From assembly GCA_965261735.1 (NCBI GenBank), contig OZ253470.1, forward strand, positions 1,280,001 to 1,344,000: a DNA stretch of 64,000 bases. The letters are read 5' to 3'. The first letter of the stretch is position 1. Each line of letters opens with the position of its first letter. The notes under the pieces were generated by a model. The model had not been told where the DNA came from. It saw only the letters and a list, made by a program, of their open reading frames with translations, and made no database searches. The translations under genes were made by a program, and so were the position numbers. Source of the stretch: Alphaproteobacteria bacterium. Lineage in GTDB: Bacteria; Pseudomonadota; Alphaproteobacteria; SHVV01. This document shows positions 57,294 through 64,000 of this stretch, one piece after another.

Positions 57294-58211
57294 GTGTCTC
57301 AGCCTACCGCTGCTCTGGGAACGCGATCCGGCAAGACCGCAGGCGCCGCCGAGGCGGCGGCCGGCGACTATGTCGCGCTCCTCAAGCCGCGCGTCATGTC
57401 GCTGGTTGTGTTCACCGGGCTCGTCGGTCTAATCCTGGCGCCGGGCACGATTCATCCCACGCTGGCGATTGCCGCCCTGCTGTGCATCGCCGCCGGGGCC
57501 GGCGCCGCGGGCGCCATGAACATGTGGTACGACGCCGATATCGATGCGCTCATGAGCCGCACCCGGGGGCGTCCCATCCCGGCCGGACGAGTCGCCCCTC
57601 GAGCCGCGCTCGGCTTCGGCCTCGTGCTTGGCGTCGGAGCGGTCGTCGTCATGGGCCTCGCCGCCAACTTCCTGGCCGCGGCGCTGCTGGCGCTGACCAT
57701 CGGCTTCTACGTCCTCGTCTACACCATGTGGCTGAAGCGGAGGACGCCGCAGAACATCGTCATCGGCGGGGCCGCCGGGGCGCTGCCGCCGGTCATCGGC
57801 TGGGCCGCCGTGACCGGCGAAGTGGGGCTAGCGCCGCTCGTTCTGTTCACCATCATCTTCCTTTGGACGCCGCCTCATTTCTGGGCCTTGTCGCTCTATC
57901 GCGCCGACGACTACGCCGCCGCCGGTGTGCCAATGCTTCCGGTCGTCGCCGGGGCGCCATCGACGCGCCGGCATATTCTCGCCTATACCGCGGTGCTGGT
58001 GCCGGTCAGCCTGGCGCCGGTACTGGTGGGCCTCGCCGGATGGACCTATGGTGTCGGCGCTGCAGCGCTCGGGGTGCTGTTCGTTGCCTACGCTTTGCGG
58101 CTGTGGCGCGAGACGAGCGAGACCATGGCGCGCCGCACTTTCGCCTTCTCCATCATCTACCTTGCCGGCATCTTCGCGCTGCTTCTGCTCGACCGGGCGC
58201 TCCCTTTCTAG
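57294..58211 (+). CDS. ctaB: Heme o synthase
   Basis: [40 protein letters not shown]. Confidence 0.95.
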   Translation: MSQPTAALGTRSGKTAGAAEAAAGDYVALLKPRVMSLVVFTGLVGLILAPGTIHPTLAIAALLCIAAGAGAAGAMNMWYDADIDALMSRTRGRPIPAGRVAPRAALGFGLVLGVGAVVVMGLAANFLAAALLALTIGFYVLVYTMWLKRRTPQNIVIGGAAGALPPVIGWAAVTGEVGLAPLVLFTIIFLWTPPHFWALSLYRADDYAAAGVPMLPVVAGAPSTRRHILAYTAVLVPVSLAPVLVGLAGWTYGVGAAALGVLFVAYALRLWRETSETMARRTFAFSIIYLAGIFALLLLDRALPF

Positions 58212-58223
58212 GCCCATGTCGCC

Positions 58224-58346
58224 GTGCCGATCACCGACCAGCACAAGCGCCGCCGCAGCCGCAATATTGCGCTGGCGTTGTTTCTCGCCGGGTTGGTCGT
58301 GCTGTTCTTTTTCATGACGATCGCCAAGCTCGGCCAAACGATATGA
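58224..58346 (+). CDS. CoxF-like small membrane protein (40 aa, not in ORF track)
   Basis: GTG start; KRRRSRNIALALFLAGLVVLFFFMTIAKLG; conserved position between ctaB and ctaG. Confidence 0.75.
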   Translation: MPITDQHKRRRSRNIALALFLAGLVVLFFFMTIAKLGQTI

Positions 58347-58948
58347 GGGCCAGCCTCCGCGCACGCAAGTCGGCCACGGTGACCGTCCTCGCCGGCGTCG
58401 TCGTCGGCATGGGCGCGCTCGCCTACGCGGCCGTCCCGCTCTACCAGCTCTTCTGCCAGGTGACCGGCTATGGCGGCACCACGGGGGTGGCGGCCGTGGC
58501 GCCGGGTGCGGCGTCCGAACGGGTGATCACGGTGCGCTTCAACGCCGATATCGCGCCCGACCTGGCATGGACCTTCCGCCCGACGCAGCGCGAGGTGAGG
58601 GTGCGGGTCGGCGAGGAGGCGCTGGCGTTCTACAGCGCCGAAAACACCTCGGGCGAGGCATTGACGGGGAGCGCGGTGTTCAACGTCACGCCCTTCAAGG
58701 CGGGCGCCTATTTCAACAAGATCGACTGCTTCTGCTTCAGCGAGCAGACGCTGGCGCCGGGTGCGCGGGCCGAGATGGGCGTGTCGTTCTTCATCGATCC
58801 CGCCCTTCTCGAGGACCGCAACCTGAGCGAGGTCAACACCATCACCCTGTCCTACACCTTCTTCCGCGCCGCCGACGCGGCCGCTGGGCAGGCCGCGGCG
58901 GCGCCGGAGCGTCGAAGGCCGGCGGCGGCCGGCGCGGACCCGAGCTAG
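58343..58948 (+). CDS. ctaG: Cytochrome c oxidase assembly protein CtaG/Cox11
   Basis: VPLYQLFCQVTGYGGT, KIDCFCF, TLSYTFF. Confidence 0.94.
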   Translation: MRASLRARKSATVTVLAGVVVGMGALAYAAVPLYQLFCQVTGYGGTTGVAAVAPGAASERVITVRFNADIAPDLAWTFRPTQREVRVRVGEEALAFYSAENTSGEALTGSAVFNVTPFKAGAYFNKIDCFCFSEQTLAPGARAEMGVSFFIDPALLEDRNLSEVNTITLSYTFFRAADAAAGQAAAAPERRRPAAAGADPS

Positions 58949-58965
58949 CGCAACGGAGTATCGAG

Positions 58966-59766
58966 ATGGCCGAGACTCACGCACCCGGACACGACTACCA
59001 CATGGTCGAACCGAGCCCGTGGCCGGCATTCGGCATGGTGTCGGCGGGACTGCTCGCGGGCGGCGCCGTCATGTTCCTGCATGGCCTCACCCCCTGGGTG
59101 ATGATCGTCGGTGTCTTACTCACGTTGTACACGATGTTCGTGTGGTGGCGCGACGTGATCCGCGAGGGGACCTTCGAGGGCCATCACAGACCTGTCGTGC
59201 AGGTCGGCCTGCGCTACGGCATGGCTCTCTTTATCGCCTCGGAAGTGGCGTTCTTCCTGGCCTGGTTCTGGGCCTACTTCAATGCCAGCCTGTTTCCCAG
59301 CGAGGCCATCGGTGGCGTCTGGCCGCCGGTCGGCATCGAGACCTTCGAGGCCTGGGATGTTCCTTTTCTCAACACGCTGATCCTGCTCACCTCGGGGACC
59401 ACCGTGACCTGGGCGCACCACGCGCTGCGCGAGGGCAACCAGCGCGGCCTCATCCTCGGGCTCTGGTTCACCGTCATCCTGGGCATCTGCTTCACCGGCC
59501 TGCAGGCCCTCGAATATTCCGAAGCCGCCTTCTCCTTCCGCGGCGGCATCTATGGCTCGACCTTCTTCATGGCCACCGGGTTTCACGGCTTCCACGTCAT
59601 CGTCGGCACGATCTTCCTCTCGGTCTGCCTGGTCCGCGCCTACAAAGGCCATTTCAAACCCGAACACCATTTCGGGCTCGAGGCGGCGGCGTGGTACTGG
59701 CATTTCGTCGACGTGGTGTGGCTGTTCCTGTTCTGCTCGATCTACTGGTGGGGCGCGGGCCACTAG
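58966..59766 (+). CDS. coxC: Cytochrome c oxidase subunit III
   Basis: HMVEPSPWP, LFIASEV, TGFHGFHV, AAWYWHFVDVVW. Confidence 0.97.
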   Translation: MAETHAPGHDYHMVEPSPWPAFGMVSAGLLAGGAVMFLHGLTPWVMIVGVLLTLYTMFVWWRDVIREGTFEGHHRPVVQVGLRYGMALFIASEVAFFLAWFWAYFNASLFPSEAIGGVWPPVGIETFEAWDVPFLNTLILLTSGTTVTWAHHALREGNQRGLILGLWFTVILGICFTGLQALEYSEAAFSFRGGIYGSTFFMATGFHGFHVIVGTIFLSVCLVRAYKGHFKPEHHFGLEAAAWYWHFVDVVWLFLFCSIYWWGAGH

Positions 59767-59791
59767 AAAGCGGCCGCGGCCCGGCGGACGC

Positions 59792-60181
59792 ATGTCGACG
59801 GCCGGCTCTCCACGGGTCTCCGCACTCCGCGCCGGCTTGGCATGTCGCTGCCCGCGCTGTGGCAAGGGCGCGTTGTTTTCCGGCTACCTCACGGTCGGCC
59901 CTAGCTGCTCTTCGTGTGGGCTCGACTACTCGAACCACGACGCGGGCGACGGGCCAGCCGTGTTCGTCGTCCTCATCGTCGGTATCGTGGTCGTCGCCCT
60001 GGCGCTGATCTCGGAGCGCCTCCTTGCGCCGCCGCTGTGGCTCCACCTCGTCGTGTGGATCCCCTTTATCCTCGCCGCCTCGTTGTGGCTGCTGCGGCCG
60101 TTCAAGGCGATACTGGTCGCGCTTCAATACAAACATCAGGCGGGCGAGGCATCGGAAGCCTCCGGGCCCGATCGGAAATGA
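59792..60181 (+). CDS. DUF983-family protein
   Basis: CRCPRCGKG, CSSCGLDY..DAGDGPA. Confidence 0.88.
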   Translation: MSTAGSPRVSALRAGLACRCPRCGKGALFSGYLTVGPSCSSCGLDYSNHDAGDGPAVFVVLIVGIVVVALALISERLLAPPLWLHLVVWIPFILAASLWLLRPFKAILVALQYKHQAGEASEASGPDRK

Positions 60182-60912
60182 ACCCGGGCGGCCCGCGCGC
60201 GCGGCGCCTCCGCCCGCAGCTGTGGCCCACCCTCATCGCGCTTCCGGCCCTTGCCGCACTGCTGGCGCTCGGCACCTGGCAGCTCGAGCGGCTCGCCTGG
60301 AAGCGGGCGCTGATCGCCGAGCGCGACGCCGCGCTAGCGGCCGCGCCGCAATCCCTGCCCGCAGGCGCGGCCGAGCGTGCCGCGCTCGATTACACGCGCG
60401 TGCGTGCGCGCGGCACGTTCGTGCACGAGCGTGAGCTCTACCTCGTCGGCCGCGCGCGCGCCGGCGTCGGTGGCGTCCACGTGCTCACGCCCCTGCACCT
60501 CGACGACGGCACCGGCGCCGTCGTGATCGACCGCGGCTTCGTACCCGAGGCCAACAGGGCACCGGCCACGCGCACCGCCGGGCAGATCACGGGCCCCGTC
60601 ACGATCGAAGGCAGCGCCCGCCGACCCGGCCGGCGCAACCTGTTCACGCCCGACAACCGCCCCGAGGCGAACGAGTGGTACTGGCTCGACCGCGACGCCA
60701 TGGGCGCCGCGGTCGGATTGAACCTACTGTCCGTCGTCATCGTCGCGGGTACGGCGGCCAATCCCGGCGGCCTACCCGTCGGCACCGAGCTGCGCAGCGA
60801 CCTGCGTAACGACCACCTCGGCTATGCGCTCACCTGGTACGGCCTGGCCGCGGCGTTGGTCGTGATCTACGTGGTCTTTCATCTGCGCCGCCCGACCCTG
60901 GGCCCCGCATGA
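60178..60912 (+). CDS. SURF1 family protein
   Basis: LGTWQLERLAWK, DRGFVP, NDHLGYALTWY. Confidence 0.92.
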   Translation: MNPGGPRARRLRPQLWPTLIALPALAALLALGTWQLERLAWKRALIAERDAALAAAPQSLPAGAAERAALDYTRVRARGTFVHERELYLVGRARAGVGGVHVLTPLHLDDGTGAVVIDRGFVPEANRAPATRTAGQITGPVTIEGSARRPGRRNLFTPDNRPEANEWYWLDRDAMGAAVGLNLLSVVIVAGTAANPGGLPVGTELRSDLRNDHLGYALTWYGLAAALVVIYVVFHLRRPTLGPA

Positions 60913-62402
60913 CGGCCTACGCCGAGCTCGAGGCGCGCTTTCGCCGCATCGATCATGTTGGCGGAGCACTCGCTGTGTTGCACTGGGACAGCGCAACGAT
61001 GATGCCGCCGGGGGGCGCGGCCGCACGCGCCGAGCAGCTCGCGACGCTGACGCTGATCCGCCATGAGCTGCTCGCCGACCCGGCGACGGCCGACCTCCTG
61101 GATGCCGCCGAGCAGGCCGGCACCGTCGGGCGCTCTGGCTGGCGGGCCGCGAACCTCCACCACATGCGCCGCGAGTGGCGGCACGCGACGGCGGTGCCCG
61201 CCGATCTCACGGCCGCATTCTCCCACGCGACCTCGGCCTGCGAGCTCGCCTGGCGCCGCGCCCGAGACGATCGAGACTTCGCCGCCGTGGCGCCCTTGCT
61301 CGCCGAGGTGCTGCGCCTGGTGCGCGAGATCGCCGCCGCCAAAGCAGCGGCATTCGGGTGCGGGCCCTACGATGCGCTGCTCGACGCTTACGACGCGGGT
61401 GCCCGCATCGCCGACATCGAGACCATATTCGCCGACCTCGAAGCGTTCCTGCCCGGCTTTCTCGGGCGCACGCTCGCCCACCAGGCAGCGCGGCCAGCGC
61501 CGCTGCCGCTCGACGGTCCCTTCCCGGTCGCGGCCCAGCGCGACATCGCCGAGCGCCTGATGGCGGCGCTCGGGTTCGAGGCCGAGCATGGCCGCCTCGA
61601 CGTCTCGCACCACCCCTTCTCGGGCGGCGTCCCCGACGACGTCCGCATCACCACGCGCTACCTCGAGCACGACTTCAGCCAGTCCCTGATGGCGGTCCTG
61701 CACGAAACCGGCCACGCGCTCTACGAGCGCGGCCTGCCGCCCAAGTGGCGCGACCAGCCGGTCGGGCAGTCGGCCGGCATGACCCTGCACGAGAGCCAGT
61801 CGCTGCTTGTGGAAATGCATGTCTGCCGCAGCGCCGAGTTCATCAGCTACCTGGCACCGCTCGTGCGCAAGACCTTCGGCGCTTCCGGTCCGGCCTGGGG
61901 CGTGGCCAACCTGCGCCGCCTCTATTGGCGGGTCGGGCCGGGGCTCATACGGGTCGAGGCCGACGAGGTCACCTACCCGCTGCACGTGATCCTGCGCACC
62001 AGGCTCGAGCGCGCCATGATCGCCGGCGACCTCACGGTGGCCGAGCTACCGGGCGCCTGGCGCGAGGCCATGAAGGCAACGCTCGGCATCGTCCCCGACC
62101 ACGACGGCGTGGGCTGCCTCCAGGACATCCACTGGTATGGCGGCGACTTCGGCTACTTCCCGACGTACACGCTCGGCGCTCTCGCGGCGGCGCAGCTCTT
62201 CGCCGCCGCGAAGGCCGCCGATGCGGATATTCTGCCGGCCATCGCCGAGGGCCGCTTTGCACCGCTTCTGGCGTGGTTGCGCACCAACGTGCATGCCCAC
62301 GGTTCGCGCTACCCGGCGCGCGAGGTCCTGCGCCGCGCCACCGGCGAGGCGCTCGGCACCGCGGCCTACGAGCGCCACGTGGCGGCGCGCTACCTGGCCT
62401 GA
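60909..62402 (+). CDS. Carboxypeptidase M32
   Basis: HPF, DVRITTR, HETGHALYE, HESQS, GCLQDIHW, GYFPTY. Confidence 0.94.
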   Translation: MTAYAELEARFRRIDHVGGALAVLHWDSATMMPPGGAAARAEQLATLTLIRHELLADPATADLLDAAEQAGTVGRSGWRAANLHHMRREWRHATAVPADLTAAFSHATSACELAWRRARDDRDFAAVAPLLAEVLRLVREIAAAKAAAFGCGPYDALLDAYDAGARIADIETIFADLEAFLPGFLGRTLAHQAARPAPLPLDGPFPVAAQRDIAERLMAALGFEAEHGRLDVSHHPFSGGVPDDVRITTRYLEHDFSQSLMAVLHETGHALYERGLPPKWRDQPVGQSAGMTLHESQSLLVEMHVCRSAEFISYLAPLVRKTFGASGPAWGVANLRRLYWRVGPGLIRVEADEVTYPLHVILRTRLERAMIAGDLTVAELPGAWREAMKATLGIVPDHDGVGCLQDIHWYGGDFGYFPTYTLGALAAAQLFAAAKAADADILPAIAEGRFAPLLAWLRTNVHAHGSRYPAREVLRRATGEALGTAAYERHVAARYLA

Positions 62403-62416
62403 TGCGCGCCGCGAAT

Positions 62417-63586
62417 TCAGGTACGGAAGTGCTTGCTGAGCTTGAGGCCCTGGCTCTGATAGGACGAGCCGATGGCGCCGCCGTAGAGGCGGTCGGGAAC
62501 GGCGGTGAGGCGCTCATACATCAGCCGCCCCACGACCTGCCCGTGCTCGAGCAGGAAGGGCATGTCGAAGGAGCGCACTTCGAGCACCGCGCGCGAACCG
62601 GCGCCGCCGGCCTCCGCATACCCGAAGCCGGGGTCGAAGAAGCCCGCGTAGTGGACGCGGAACTCACCGTGGAGCGGGTTGAACGGGGCCATCTCGGCGG
62701 CGTGGTCGGGTGGCACCGTCACCGCCTCGCGCGAGGCCAGGACATAGAACTCGTTGGGGTCGAGGATCAGCGTGCCGCTCGGGTTGGCACGGATGGGCTC
62801 CCAGTAGTCGAGCGCATCGCACGCGCCCACTTTGTCGACATCGACGAGATCGGTGAAACGCTTGGCGCGGTAGCCGACGAGGCCGCCGCTCGCCTCGCCC
62901 TTGAGGTCGACGGTGATGGCGAGCCCGTTCGAGATCCGCGTGGCCACATCCTCGGCGTCGCGCCCGCCATGGATCAGCGGCACCTCCTCGTGCAGCCGGC
63001 GAATGCCGGTATCGGTGGCCGGCGGTGAGCCGCGCCGTATCCTGAGCTGTATCAGCCGCGAGCCCTTGCGTACGACGACACCGAAGGCGCGCGGCGATAT
63101 CTCCACGAACAACGGCCCCTTATAGCCCTCGCGCACGCGATCGAACTGGTCGGATTGGTCGGTAATCAGCCGCGTAAAGACGTCGAGCCGGCCGGTCGAA
63201 CTCTTGGGGTTGGCGATGCCGAACATGCGCTTGCCGAAGAGCACGCTTTCGAGCAGCGGGACGATGTAGACGCACCCTTTTTCGAGCACCGCGCCCGAGG
63301 CGAGCTCGAACTTGTACTTGGTGACGGCCTCGAGCTTGTCCTCGACGCGCGAATCGTGGCCCGGGAGGAAGCCGGCGCGCACGCGGTAGGCGGTGGCCCC
63401 GAGCCTGAGATCGATGCTGGCGGGTTGAATCTGCTCGTCGCTCAGCGGCTCGCTTGTCGACAGCACGACCTTCTGGCGCACCAAGTCGCGCAATTCCTGC
63501 GCCGGCAGAACCCCGGTTCTATGCTGCGGCGCAGGCGCCGGTTCCTCGGTTCCCAGCGGAAACTGGATGCCTACTTGCTCGGCCAC
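62417..63586 (-). CDS. dcd: dCTP deaminase (alphaproteobacterial long type)
   Basis: QIQPASIDLRLG, NPKSSTGRLDVFTR, RVHYAGFFDPGFG, YQSQGLKLSKHF; start approximate. Confidence 0.9.
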   Translation of the reverse strand: MAEQVGIQFPLGTEEPAPAPQHRTGVLPAQELRDLVRQKVVLSTSEPLSDEQIQPASIDLRLGATAYRVRAGFLPGHDSRVEDKLEAVTKYKFELASGAVLEKGCVYIVPLLESVLFGKRMFGIANPKSSTGRLDVFTRLITDQSDQFDRVREGYKGPLFVEISPRAFGVVVRKGSRLIQLRIRRGSPPATDTGIRRLHEEVPLIHGGRDAEDVATRISNGLAITVDLKGEASGGLVGYRAKRFTDLVDVDKVGACDALDYWEPIRANPSGTLILDPNEFYVLASREAVTVPPDHAAEMAPFNPLHGEFRVHYAGFFDPGFGYAEAGGAGSRAVLEVRSFDMPFLLEHGQVVGRLMYERLTAVPDRLYGGAIGSSYQSQGLKLSKHFRT

Positions 63587-63889
63587 CCGCGGCCCTCCAT
63601 GGTCTCGCCGGTCCGTCGCCCAGGGCCCGGTAGCGTCCGCGTCCGGACACAATTTTCCGTGAGTTTACAACCAGTTATCCGAAGAGACCACGGCTTTGTT
63701 GTCAACAAACTCGTCCCCAGTCGGCCGGCACCAAGTGTCCTCGCGACACCGAGGAATCAGTGTATCCCCGCAAGTCACCGGGCGCCGCCCCCATTCTATC
63801 CACAAGCCCGCTTGCTTGGCCCCGGGCGCCTCGCTAGTCTCCGGCGCGAATGCGCCTCGGCCGAAGCCGGCGCATCCGGGAGTCACGAT

Positions 63890-64000
63890 TTGCGCTATGT
63901 CAGTACCCGGGGGACGGCGCCGGCGCTCGGCTTCGAGGACGTCGTCCTGGCCGGCCTCGCCGAGGACGGCGGCCTCTATGTGCCCGAGGCCTGGCCGGTA
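63890..64000 (+). CDS. thrC: Threonine synthase, 5' end (runs off window)
   Basis: TTG start, MRYVSTRG...FEDVVLAGLAEDGGLYVPEAWP. Confidence 0.88.
   Translation, partial: MRYVSTRGTAPALGFEDVVLAGLAEDGGLYVPEAWPV

Noticed and set aside
63655-63805. SAM-alpha riboswitch or replication origin
   Set aside because: Only a superficial CCGTGGT...CACGG resemblance without the conserved core, and only one near-consensus DnaA box with no oriC gene context.

Overview
High-GC alphaproteobacterial (Rhodospirillales-like, inferred from gene order) chromosomal segment made mostly of housekeeping operons: ribF-ileS-lspA, M16 peptidases-pgi-mutL, purD/xseA, a lipid A cluster, pmbA/tldD, ubiD/ubiA, gshA, an aa3-type cytochrome c oxidase operon, dcd and the start of thrC. 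Two accessory segments interrupt this backbone. (1) About 9.1-14.6 kb holds a MerR-controlled merT-merP-membrane protein/GDCCVxC metal operon. merR is frameshifted. merP is split by an intact IS1595-family element (perfect 25-bp TIRs, 8-bp TSD) that carries an unknown 2-TM passenger gene. The last gene is split by an internally deleted IS21 element (5-bp TSD). (2) About 30.4-34.1 kb is a patchwork of gene remnants. Other notable points are an in-frame DUF374(LpxJ-like)-WaaA fusion, an ACAD/SDR/phosphotransferase trio resembling 4-hydroxy-acid (lva-like) catabolism, and a window-wide pattern of short deletions and TGG->TAG nonsense changes confined to dispensable genes. No rRNA, tRNA or CRISPR array was seen. 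All annotations come from motif recognition by eye, not from database searches.
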